DNA of 55,380 nucleotides from Perkinsus olseni (Eukaryota): NCBI GenBank assembly GCA_013115125.1, contig JABANN010000185.1, positions 1 to 55,380 of the forward strand, read 5' to 3'. Shown piece by piece: positions 37,412 to 49,869 of this stretch (position 1 is its first letter; each line of letters starts with the position of its first letter). The notes under the pieces were generated by a model. It saw only the letters and a program-made list of their open reading frames with translations, ran no database searches and was not told where the DNA came from. The position numbers and the translations under genes were made by a program.

Positions 37412-38830
37412 TCATAATGGATACATCGTCATCGTCGTCATCTGCCCCTCCATCATCAACTTGCATATCCTGAGAGTCAGATACTGCCAGCGAAAGTATA
37501 CCCTCACGACGATACTACCACTTCGGGTGGCTCCGCTCCTCGTCTGCGGGCATCCTGTGCCATACCACTCCTCTGTGAATTCACTTCCATAAGAGGATTT
37601 CCCCTCTGCCCGTGGCTGCCGTCCTGACCACCCCACCACTCAGGCCAATTGAAGCCATCCTCTCCCTACCTGCGTGTGCCTGACTGATATCTCCTCGGGC
37701 TTCACAACATTCCTGCATCATCACAGCATTAACCTCAGACACCCACAGAAGGAGGCCTTACCTCTCCGGTACGACATAATTCCCAATCAGATCCACCCGA
37801 GCCAGAACCCCCTTGCTGCCTCCTTCTTGTCTAATCTCAGCCGTCAGCGTCGTCCGGCCCAGCGGCCCATCGTTCAACGTCCGCTGCAGATTCCTCCGAT
37901 GGCTGTCACTCACGACATGCTCAGCAAACATGCTGACCCTATCGCACAACGTCAGACATAAAGGACACCAAATCGGCTTCACGCCGCCGAACTCCGCGGT
38001 CGCCGCTAAGATATCAGCCTCGATCGCATCTCGCCATCTCTCTACCTCCACAGTACGTACGGTAGGGAAGGCCCTCCGCTCTCGTCGCTCAACCTTCGCG
38101 CGCCTTGAAATTACCTTCGGGGGCCGCAAACCCAGATACCCTCCGACCTTCGGATCCCTTCTCGCCCTAACAGCCACGTCGACACAGTTGGAGACGTTCA
38201 GTCCGGAGGAGAGATACACCAAGATGGTCGTGAGGGCATCCCTTTCGATCGGCCCCTCCCAATCCTTTGCCGTCACCTCCACTGCAGCCACCTTCTGATA
38301 GTTCTCTTGCTCTGGTCGGGCCAGCAGCTCCAATTTACCGCGGCATTCGTCCGAGGCCCTCCACACCAAAAACTGTTGATCCACTGTAGACTGGAAGAAG
38401 CGTTGCTCGGCAAGAGTTGTCAGAAACATATGCACAGCACAGAGAGAAACTTTGGTTAGAGCGATGGTGGCCGGTTGTTGTTGTTGTTGATGATGAGTGG
38501 AAGAGGAGCTATTGCCGCGTCGTAGCATTGAGGGGAAGGCAAACCATACTTAAACAAACCATCCCTAGTTGGGGAAGATTCTGTCACGACCCAGCACCAC
38601 CACAGACGGGCAACCAAACTCCGAGGAGTATACCAATCAAGTAACGTTCGTTGCGACCTCATCACCGGATGATGCAGTGGGGCTCTCTGATGGCGAAGAG
38701 GGTGCCTTCGCCTTCTCAACGGCCTCCTTCCATCTTGCGAACTGCTGTGGGGACAGGACTTTCGGGAAGGCTACCAGACATCCGGACACGGCACATGACG
38801 ACGAACGCCGCCCACCACGATGACGACCCG
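37412..38830 (-). CDS. hypothetical protein with U1/matrin-type C2H2 zinc finger
   Basis: WCPLCLTLCDRVSMFAEHVVSDSHRRNL in ORF 37758-38528. Confidence 0.5.
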
Positions 38831-39008
38831 CCTGATAAAAAGAACAAGAACCTGCAGGGGGGGGCGGAGCGACGCGAAGTGAATTGAAATTCTTGCATGA
38901 CGATGGTCATTACACTTGAGGCGTGAGAATAACCAAAAGTACGTAGTGGGGCCGATTGAACCAGGAAGTAAGATTATCAGATATGTTTCCAGAGACTGGA
39001 GAGATAAA

Positions 39009-41182
39009 CTAAGGGAGCACCAGAGAGTCCATGCTCCCGCAGAGGTTTCGTTGTGTTCCGGAGTGTAACACTCTTACTGATGGCCCTCGTAATACCATCA
39101 TTTTCTGTTCAACTGTCCGCCAATGGTCATCCTCATCTTCATCCTTAAGCTCTTCCTTCTTCTCTCCCTTTATCCTCTCCTTCTTTATCAAATCCACAGT
39201 CGGCCGATATTTCTTAGCCTTCCTGAAAGTACCTCCAATCAGCCCCAAACCATCAGTTACCTAGGTCAATTCCGCTCACACACAAATACAGTGGAGACAC
39301 AGTAGACCGGCATTACTTGGCCAACGCCTCTTCATCGTCGAGATCCACTACAGCTCCATCGTCTTCATCATCAGTGATATCGATGATGTCTTCTTCCTCC
39401 TCGGGACCTGACCACAGCATTGTGTCGGCCGTCACCGACAGATGTACAGCTCAGGCAGCTCGTCTCGCTATTCTCCAATCATGCTCAGTACCACCTATTC
39501 AAGCAATCGCAGATGGTGCACGTTCCCGGGACACGCGCATAACCAGCGACCACTCAAGATATCGATCGTTGGCCAGACTTCAGCGCGAATAGAGTACAAG
39601 TGGAGCGGCGTCTCTTCGTCGTCAACTACCTCTTTTTCGTCCCTTCCCTTTGCCTTCTTCCTTCTCCATCATTTCTCTAACAGTTTCCTCCTTCTTCTCC
39701 TAACACCACACTCCTTCCCTCCAACCACCAGAGCGTATCTTTCCAACCTCAGCTTTATCGAGTAGACCATCAGGATATTTGAACCCGCACGTGTCCTTGT
39801 TGAAGTCGTACGATGCATACGAGTGGAGTACACTAGCCAGCTGGGCCGCTACCTGACCATCCCATAGACTACGCACCACGGCCGCAGCCGAGCAACCAAA
39901 GGCAAATCGATGATCCAACTCTACTCCTCACAGCGAGTATTCTTACAATCTTATGTTCCACGGGCTTCTTCTCCCCTTCCTCCTCTCCATAACGCGTAAG
40001 CCTACAGGCCTCCACGTAATTGAGGGGACAGGCATCAGTAAGGCAGCATTTGCATACAGTCCCGCCACAACACGGCAGTAGAAGAGGGGTGTGCTCAGGG
40101 GCCTGGGAAAAAAGCACCACTCCATAGTGACCCGATAAGTACACCACTCGTCCGATATACCACACACATCGAGACGAAGCATTGTAGCATGTATCGTAGG
40201 GCCGGCACAGGCCCTCACGAGGCTGCCCATGAGTAGTATGAGTGTACTGCTGATGAGCCAAGCCCATTACTACCAGCATGAGGTTGTTACACAGCGGACA
40301 TATACAAGTCTCCGGGACCCTCGCAATTCTACTGCTCGCTGGACTGCTGGAATCTGACACCTCTAGCCGTACATTAAGAAGGACAGGTATCCCACCTGGT
40401 GATGATGAATCATTCTCCTCCTCTTCCGCGGTCTTCTTGAAGTACCGGGCATGCTCCACCACTATGTTGCCCTTCACTTTCACGCCCCGACTTTGACGCT
40501 GAAAAGTAGCAGAGCGTAAACAGACCACGCCGTCCGTCATCCGCACAATCCATCCCAATTCGATCAACCACTCCACGATGACACTGTCTCACTCCCGTAT
40601 CACCCCGACGCTCGGTTTCCTCGTCACCAACAGGGTGGCGTTGGCAGGTATGAGCTCTCCATCATAGTCATATAGTTTGCCAGGCTCCCCTACAACTGGT
40701 GATACCGAATATCCCTCCACTGCAATCTAGTACCAGAAGCTGCGTTCTCTGTTGTCGACTGGTCCATCTCATAGAGCTGCAGGTCCCGGGCATCACACTC
40801 CTTCTTCTCGGCGATGAGCAACTGAGAAATAATGCCGAGGGGTCAATTCAGTTTTCAAATCTATGGTCCACGGCGACGTGAGCACTGATATTAAATGCGG
40901 GGGCGTGGCTGCGGCGGTCGATAACATCTACTGATATCGTATCGCACCCGAGAAGCAGTTATAATCCCCCAACAAGATACTCAAGAGTTAGCTACCCATG
41001 GATAGAGGACGGAAGACACCCCCATTAGCCGTGGCCATTATCACCATTACCTTCAGTTCCCCTACTGCTATATCAGCCGCATTGAATGATATCTTATCGA
41101 GAGTATTCTGGTGCTTGAACTTAAAGTACACGACATTCTGCAGCCGCCCTTGGGCAGCTAACTCCGCCTCCGAGGCAGCCAT
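39009..41182 (-). CDS. RBBP6/Mpe1-like protein (DWNN + RING-like)
   Basis: DWNN VVYFKFKHQNTLDKISF..IAVGELK..ELIPANATLLVTRKP; RING-like VPETCICPLC..LLPCCGGTVCKCCL. Confidence 0.75.
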
Positions 41183-41294
41183 CGGGGGGTAACAGAAACA
41201 AACTTCGAGCACTCATTCCACCATTAACATGCGACTAAGCGCAACCCCACAGGAAAGAAGGAGTAGAAACTATTGACTGTTGTTGACACGAAAC

Positions 41295-41675
41295 TCATTG
41301 AGGAAGGTCCTTCTTGAGGCCTTCAATCTTCACGGCGTCCTTCCCGGGGACCATCACCATCCCGATGTTACGAAGGGGCGTCGTCTCTGAGAAGAAGGGG
41401 ATTCTATCGGACCTCGAATTCTTTAACACCGCTCGCAGGCACAGTCGGAGTCGCTGCCCGTAGAATTTCAGTGGCCGCTTTCACGGTCCGGGACAAGACC
41501 TCATGATTTAATGTAAGCGGATGTATGGTATACCTTTCTCCCGCCTTTCAACAGCGTTCCGTAGTATGATGTTCTTCTTGTCGTCTATACAGTACAGACG
41601 GCCGATGATGTATCGACCATCAGTTAGGGTAATCCGCAGAGGCTTGTGAAGGAGGGAGGAAAGAAGGTCCGGAGA

Positions 41676-41717
<42 letters not shown>

Positions 41718-41729
41718 GGATGACGACAT
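41295..41729 (-). CDS. NAA38: LSm-domain protein, NatC auxiliary subunit-like
   Basis: LLHKPLRITLTDGRYIIGRLYCIDDKKNIIL ... RNIGMVMVPGKDAVKIE. Confidence 0.7.
41677..41715. repeat. (GCA)13 microsatellite encoding poly-Ala
   Basis: perfect trinucleotide run at the N-terminus of the LSm gene. Confidence 0.95.
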
Positions 41730-41999
41730 TTATCACTGGGAAACTTAGAGGCAGCGGGAACGGACTCTACCCACTGAACGAAGCAGCCTAGCCCGTTTTC
41801 ACAACGACATATTATAACTGAGAGGCCCGCAGTTCTACCAAGTGGGAGGGGATGCCGTTCGCCTAGAGCGCCAAAAGGCCCGGGTCGTCGGGTGTTGACT
41901 ACTCCCTCGGTCCTCCTAGGCCATAGCACACGCCCTATGGACTTGCACTGAACGCAAACGGATATATTCAATCGAATTGAAACAACACTGAAGAGGTAT

Positions 42000-44900
42000 T
42001 CACTTATCATCAGCCTTCTTCACTACAGCCAAGGCAGCTAACAAGGCATCATTGGGAGTCATCCCCGATGCAACGTATCTGATTGCGGGATGCAACCTCA
42101 CAGAGATCATCCTCTTAAACTGAAGAGAGCCCCAAGAACCTCAATGCGCTATCGATGCCACTCGCGAATCAAGCCAATGTCGGGTCGTCCAAGATCACTC
42201 TGACGCGATGCAGTTATCTTCGAGTATCACGCTCTTACTCATCAAATAATGACTTTATCCGCTGCTGCGTCGACAGAGGCTGGGCCGAGCTCTCAGCTGC
42301 TGCAGATGATGACGATGAAGACGAGACGTTCTGGGGTCGGTGAGCAATTGGAAGGAACACCTGAGGAGAAGCTGGCGTTGCGCGCCTTGATAAGAGACCC
42401 CTGACGTACATGCATCGTAACGTCAGCCGGCGGGGGGAAGAAGATCCCTCCGCCACCATCACCAGGTTGGACCCCATGAGCCATAGCCAGAGACAGCTGG
42501 AATCTGAAAATGCAACGCGCGGGATTCGAACCAGCGACCTTTCGATTCCTCACTTAGTCGCATTCTTCTCTGGACTCAACGTCATGAGTACTGCCCTAGT
42601 CATTGGCGGTATCGTATCCTGTGTTGTCATACTCCCTCTCGAAGACACCACATTTTTCGACTCGCTAGCATCCAACTCGATGACGAAAGAACTGCGAAAG
42701 ACAGTATGAAGTCATCAACCCGGTGGACATACCCCGCTGCCCCCCATGATTCAGCGGACAATTCCCAACAAGTTAATGCGCATCATCCACGTCTTTCAGA
42801 AGTACGCATCATCGAACATGCTCGGTGACGGTCCAAACAGGCCAGCTAGGATTTCCACCGATATAGAGAAAGTTGCTACTACCATCTATCATCGACTTAC
42901 CAATCGGTCCGCTCGTTCTCAGCACAGACTATCGTCCCCGAGCTGTCTTGGCATATGTAAACTGCGATCCCTCGTGGGGATACCTCCCTCTTCTTACCGT
43001 GCACTGTTGCATACAGGAAGCTACAACGAAGATGAACCAGTGAAAGACGGTGATTCACCGGCGGTCATAAAAGCCAAAATTGCGCTATCTCCCCTCCTGA
43101 ATGGAACCGGTTGGGTATCGAATGATTGACCTCAGACAATCACCTTCCATGAATATCTGTCCCCTAGCAATTCACAGGGACGACCCTCGGTTGATAATTA
43201 GTCGCTCATTGCGCCAAGACCAGGTTTACATCCGGCACGAGGAAGAAAGCATCCCAAGCCAAATACAGAGGGTAAGCCTGTATACCAATACTTACGTAGC
43301 AAGACCGGACTCGACGCTGGTCATTCTTCGGGGAGGAGATACTGACTTCAGTGCATGGGATGAATGAATTGCCACCGTACCTAGAAAGATACTGATATGA
43401 AATGCTGATCGGCCTTTTCCCACTTTTCCTGTGACCCAACTCCATCGAATGGGAGAAGGAAAGTGGGACTATGCGGTACGTCTCGCCCCGCTTCAAAAAC
43501 AGCTCAGTGTTGACCTGAGGGTAGAGTACTCCAACGCAAACACTACGCGAGCTACCTCGGGCATGATATCCTTCTTGGCCGTACCCGCACACTCTAGTGG
43601 TTCGCCAGAACTGGGATCGATCCGGACGACCACCAGGCCAATGTCCACCAGAGTGCTGGCCATCCCAACCGCGCTTTCTCTCGTCTTATTGCTCTCTTGG
43701 TAGACGGTTATGTCCACTGATGCGTCTGATGGAGGGGACACTGGACGATCTCCACTCGAGCTAGGGGATATCCCACCTTCCTCGTCCGGTGCTGTGACGG
43801 TGAACATCTCTCCAAGCCCTGTGACTGCCGGTAGCCAGCATCGCTGTCTCACGATCGCATCCGAGGGGTAGTCCTCGTGGACCTACGAGAATCCAAGTGG
43901 CGACTATCAGCAGTTGAGCTGGATCGGTACCCGGCATATCTCTAGACTGGCGAAGTACTCCACCACATCTTCCCAGGCCATCCAGAACATACTATTGGTG
44001 TCGTACCTGGACTCTCCTGTAGATCGTTATAATAACCACAAACACAGGCTTACATCGAGACCCCAGCACTGTTGACAACGCCCAGCTCACGCTTCAATTC
44101 ATCCGTCCACTTGTCAGAGTCTCTGGACCAGGCACCGCTCCATGACCCTGATTCGATGAAACTCCCAAGAGAGGGTCAACACCCAAACCTCTCCACTCAC
44201 TTGGACTCTGAGCTCCCCATGGATTTCGCAAGAGGAGCAGTCGATTCTCCCCCACCTCCCGCACATCCATTACAGAGTAAGCATGAGGAGCCTACAGTAA
44301 AGAAGGTGTACAGAGTCTGATTGTTCCATCAATGGCGTCAGGTGCAACCCCACAATCCTGCTTTGGAGAGAACGGGCACGAGCAAGCCCTTACGCGAACT
44401 ACTATGCCCGTCAAGGATCATACAGAATCGCTTCTGCGCCTCGGATCAAACTTCGGAGCAGCAGCGACTAGCACAACGTGGCACGTTGAACGTGCAGCTA
44501 CAACTCGGGCTACAACGTACCTGTAGACCTTTATCCTTTAAATCCGCCCTTGTATGTTTAAACGTAGGTGCACATGCCAGGCCGAGCAAGTAACTGACAA
44601 GGTGAGATGCAAAATCGCCCTGTATTCGATACTATCGCATCCGATGGTATCAACATCTTCATTTCCTCAATCTCAAAGACGAATGATAAAGCACTGAATT
44701 TCCGTTGATTTCAGCGACGGAACCTAGGCTGTAATCTTCCACCGAGCAACGCAACGCAAACAAAAGGCAAGAGTGCCCAAGAGGAAGCTCTCCGACGAGA
44801 GCCCGACTGATGATCTCCAGTTGGGTTACGAGGAGACTTTTGGATGAGCCGTGTGCAGCGAGGACGAAGTATCGCGGAGGTGCTGGAAACATCGGTTTCA

Positions 44901-47900
44901 GGAGACATAAATTCTGCAAGGAATGTTTAGCTTCTGTTGTAAATCACAACTTTACTGTGAGGATTCTCGGCCCATCTTCTCTCCACGCGTCCGAACCTGG
45001 GAGTATGCCCTTCCCCGGACATTTTCACTGGCGACTGAGAAATGTCTTTACCATGGTGAAACAAGAAGTGCATCGAGATCTCATCATCATTATCGCGGAT
45101 TGCCCGCCTTAAGCGTCATTTTTATATAAAGCGGTTCGAATCTTTGGTAGATGGTGCGGAGTCGGATCACACCTTTCGGCAGTACTGAATTGCAGTACGT
45201 AATACATACTAGTAGTATGATACTACGTAGGGCTTTCGTCGCAAGCTGTTAGCCGATAAGACTATTATACTAATATCCATCATCACTAACCAACTCGACC
45301 TCCCCTCATCGACCGTTTTGAACGGTTCCTCAAGAGATTTGCTCTTTGCTCGAGTCCAACTTTTGCTAGATAACTCCGCTGACGCTCAGCCCTATGGCGG
45401 CCGGAGTGCCGCGTTTCGCCCCAGGGGCTACACCGCCGAGCTTTAATCGGAGAAAGCCCGTACGTGGATAGTATAATACTACTAGTATCGGCGAAGTCCA
45501 AGTTGCCATGCATATTTTCAAACACGCTTATAGCTCAGAATACCGCTCAGAGCCCGTATGGCGACCATCGCACACCTGCTTGCTCCCATCATAGCCTTCT
45601 AGCCTAGAAGTTCCAGGGTACCCCACAACCTATAAGTACTGGTGGAAGGCGTGACGGGTAACGGTAGACCACGTGACGGGAGTTGGTGGCCTCAGGGTAT
45701 CGGGGATATATATGCTGCCATTAGAAATGACGAACACCTCCGTAATTCGGAGCCAAAATAGGCATATGACCAATATACTGGCTTCTGGTCATGCCGAGAA
45801 AGCGCTGGGAATTGTCATAGAGGCCCATGCGTTGTCGGCCCGATAATGCCGGGTGAAAAATTTTCCGAAGTAGGCCGCCGAGGTTGGGTACTGTTGGTAC
45901 CACGGAGCAAATTTCGAGCCCATGAGCCTTATCTACGGTAGAACTCCTACCCGGCCTCGTGACTGGTGAGCAATCTAGCCCACAGCACTTCCAACTCTGA
46001 CTGCCACTCCTCCTCAGCGGTCATGTCAGCTCCGCCTGCTTTCAACTCTTCGTTCTTACGAGCTAACCACTCCGGAGACCTGACAAACCGGAAAGTTCAC
46101 ACTCGCTGTTGAGGGATGCAGTTCCACCTGAAGAGGATCTCCCTAGTCGTTGGATAACCGGTGAACAAGGACATTGCTTCCGATATCGTACCACTGTTCA
46201 AGGCTTCATAACACCCGAACAGCTTCGCCGCCGCCTTCTCAATAAGGGGGACCTATACCAAGACAAGAGACACATCATACGGAAAATTCAGAGCGGAGAG
46301 CATTGTCGGATAAGAAGACACTAAGGTCCTGTTGATGTAAATCTTCAGACAATAGTGGAGCAATATAAAGGCTTTGATGACGTATTGCCTCATCACTCGT
46401 GATGGTGTGCCACACATCGGACCCGATCCAATATCAGCAGGCCCTCTCACCCACAGCTGCCTCCTCGCCGCTTTAGTGTAAGCGAGGGTGCCCAATCTGG
46501 TGCACGGGAAAGTGTCATCTACGATTACATTATGCCATACGCCGTCCCGACAAAGCCGAACCACGTATCTGACAGCAACCAAGCTGTCATGTGCGTTCGA
46601 GTAAATAAATCCTCACGCTCCAACAGGATTATACTCTCTAGATGATGATAGAATACTTTCTACCAATTTGGGCTTCTGAGCCAGCAGACTGAGTGCCCCT
46701 ACAAACCAGCAGTTACCCAATGCACCTGATTAGAAGGTATAGCTATCCACCGGGCTCTGTTGCCCAACGGTACCTTGCCTTATATCATCCGGTGAAGGCT
46801 CGCCACGTATAACCTCCCATGGAGTACCTCCAATCTGACCAGCCATGGGTCAAAAATGAATGCCCCAACCACCAGGTGGTACCTCCATCGTGACGTCGTC
46901 GCGGATGTCCACTGGTCTCAGCCATTGAGTAGGCCTAGCTTGCAGTACTACGAACCCAGCCTCAGCTTTACATCGAGAACAAACAAGCTTCTTTCCTTCA
47001 CTAGATTCCGAGTCCGAGGCCGGCGGAGGATGCCCATGTTTTTGTTCGTACCTGCCTTGTTCACAGTCACCCGTACTGACTGTAGACCCTACCCGTTACT
47101 ACACTGTATTATACATTATTTGCAACGTCCCTGGATTTTGACGCATTTGCTCGGCCATAACAGGGTTAGTCAGCTCGATATATCTGAAAGCCTACATTAC
47201 ACAACTCCAGTGAGTCCAAAGTAGTTGGTCTACTGGAAAAAGGTGCGCATCTCCCTTCGCATCTCGTCCCTCTCAACCTCCTTTTGAGGATTCTCTTCCG
47301 GTAGAGGGTTGCCGTTATAATGACATTCCTGGCACGTCCAATGCGTTGCAGACGCTTCGTCGAAATATCTAAGATACTGTTGTACATCCACTCACAAAGT
47401 TCAGCGTGATTATTACAGGCTTTTGTTCAGCGGAGGAAAAGAAGGGTCCACGAAATTAGTACCCATGTCGTTGCAGTACTCGTTAATATTCCTCAATCCC
47501 TCTTCATCAACCTAACCACAACCTTAAGAGGCACTGACCGCTGCCGTGGGCCTCACTTCCTCGCTCGTAGTGAATCTATCAAATTCGGCAGGTTTCATCT
47601 CGGACTCCTCAGGGGCCTTCTCCGCATCCTTGCTCGAACCTTACGCAGCATAGTGAGCAGTAGCTACACCGTCACACCACCCACCACTCGGCTGTTTCAC
47701 CTTCTCCTCTCCCTCGGCGTCCTCCATCGATTCCCGCAGTACCTAGTCCGACCAATATGGTAGTCCCTCAAGTCACGGTTGAGATACCTTTGCAATCTCG
47801 GGGTCCTCATTCGCTGCTGCAGCCGTGTCAGGGTCAGACATGATGTACCTGCCAATACACCACCTCCATCATGTCATATATTCTCTCAATTACTCCATGG

Positions 47901-48304
47901 TCTCATCATCAGCCTTAGGCTCATCCGAAGAGGCCCGATTGGTAGGGGATGCTCCCATATCAACATCATCGTCCAAACTCTGGTTAAGCCAAAACTCGTC
48001 CGGAAGGTCCTAGCAGGATGGTAATAGTCAATGCTCCATGGCAGTAGGGACGAAGACAACTCCAGCCGAGAAAAGTCTACTCCCGTCTAAACTCGAGAGC
48101 GGCCCTCGACCCCCCACTCCGGCGCCGGCATTTATGTGCGGCTCTCCCCCAGCGCGTAACGTTTCCTATTACCATAAATTCCATGAGATAAGCAGCGGCT
48201 GCCTCCACATCACCATGACATCTTCTCAACGCGACAATACATCTATCCAATGGCTGGCCGAGCGACTCTGACAAGTGCTGTGCCGAGTCCTCAGCTGCGG
48301 GCAT
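42000..48304 (-). CDS. SOL/calpain-15-like cysteine protease with N-terminal UBA-like domain
   Basis: CIVALRRCHGDVEAAAAYL (UBA-like), FVDPSFPP, DIRQG|ALGNCWF, VIVDDTFP, LIEKAAAKLFGCY, GLQ|APHAYS, LRNPWG, SOL-type tail SRGSMTTQDTIPP. Confidence 0.9.
42504..42553 (-). other. 50-nt intron of the calpain gene consisting of a tRNA 3'-half-like sequence with B-box
   Basis: GTGAGGAATCGAAAGGTCGCTGGTTCGAATCCCGCGCGTTGCATTTTCAG; removal joins ..NATK to FQLSLAMAH in frame. Confidence 0.7.
45206..45488. mobile_element. MITE-like element in the 1.36-kb calpain intron
   Basis: imperfect terminal inverted repeats 45206-45237 (ATACTAGTAGTATGATACTACGTAGGGCTTTC) and 45452-45488; TA at both ends. Confidence 0.5.
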
Positions 48305-48425
48305 CTAAACTATTAAAACGACTATTAAAACTAACAGCAAATTGGACATGTCAACCTTCTGAAAACTGTCAACACCACTCGATCAACTAAGAAGCACGTG
48401 ACAGTTACTGCTGGGCATCTCGTAA

Positions 48426-49835
48426 ATGGCGGCGCATCAACTCCCTTGTACCGTGATCGGCCCTTCTGATGGGCTCGGGCACTCTAGATTGGTTACTGCA
48501 GCTGCGGAGGCATACCTTTATACTACTCTGCAACGACATACGGTGCCCAACCGACACGTATCTGATGGACACCAACAACTCCGATCTTCCAACGGATCTC
48601 TAATGTCCGGATGACTGACGGCACGGTTGTATCCGATTGTTATAGTACATCGGATTGGTCGATTTATCTGACGACTTCACCGCTGCCCCATAGACGAAAC
48701 CTAAGTGACGTATCCATCCTAAGTATACTTATTACGGTGGCTACCATCGTTGGCATCTTCAATGAGGAAGTAGTCACCCATTGCCCGAAGCTCCCGTCGC
48801 GCCCGGTCTTTTACGTCATCTCGGGACGGTGTGGCAGGGATGGAACAGTAGTAGTTCTTAGCAACCCCAATACACGGTATCTAGCTTCCACTTCGCGATG
48901 GTGATGGTCCACTAGTATACTCACATCAGCTAGGACACCCAAGTGGCATGCTGCTCCGCACCGTCTTGGATGCAACAGACCATTGCCATCCACCATTATC
49001 AGATCTAATCGTTGTTCAGGAGGGACCTGCTCGATAAGTCTGTCGGTGAATGGATGGACAAGTTACACGTTCGATCAGCTGCAGCATCGGTTGACACTCC
49101 CTAAAGGCTAGGAAGCCCGGGACGTATGGCTGGCTGAGGTCGACGGATATATAGTCCTCGTACACAGTCGATTGACTGGACAGCTGCATGATGACGAGGC
49201 CCTGGGTGATGACACACGGACTCAGCTTCTCCAGAATGCTGTGTTATGTACCGCAACGCAGAAGTCTTCCTTAAATGTCGGGTCGGATGTTATGTCCAGT
49301 CCACCGACATACTCGCACTGCATAGGATTCAACTTGACCACCGGTCATTGTATATCACGACTGACCTGATACGGAGACTCAGTTGTTATTATTTTACTCC
49401 GAATGCGCTGTTGTTCCTCAACCCAATGTGCAGGTGTGGACATACCATGAAGGCTCAAGGAGCAAGAGTCTGAGGAGGAGAGGCCCTGCCCCATCTGATT
49501 CAAATCGTAGGAACCCTAAAGCCCGACGTAGACCGGGAGGAGGAAAACCGATGACTGTTATACAACGTCAGTCAGCCTCTTTGTTTAGTGATGGCTAGTC
49601 TTCGAGTTGGCGGACCGGGAGCGCTGGCCGCTGGCTCCGCATCTTTGGCGCAATGGCCGAGCAGTCGTCTGGTATCCCGATGCCAAAAACCTGCCGAGGA
49701 TCGATCCGCACGCACGGCATTTTCGTGTCAAGAGACACTTCGGAGCGGTTTTGGGGAGGTCTGGAGCTCTCTAACGAGTTCTGTCCTGCTTGTGCCCACT
49801 TAGTGTCTGTTATCGTACGTATAGAAAGCACTTAG
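48426..49835 (+). CDS. hypothetical multi-exon protein
   Basis: series of coding-like segments with short GT-AG intervals; no family recognised. Confidence 0.3.
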
Positions 49836-49869
49836 CCTCTGCTTGCCCGAAGTCGAGCCCTAACCTCAA

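Noticed and set aside
47085-47416. Apparent long intron in calpain
   Set aside because: Contains in-frame exons (WTCQECH.., IELTNPVMAEQMRQNP) separated by short introns
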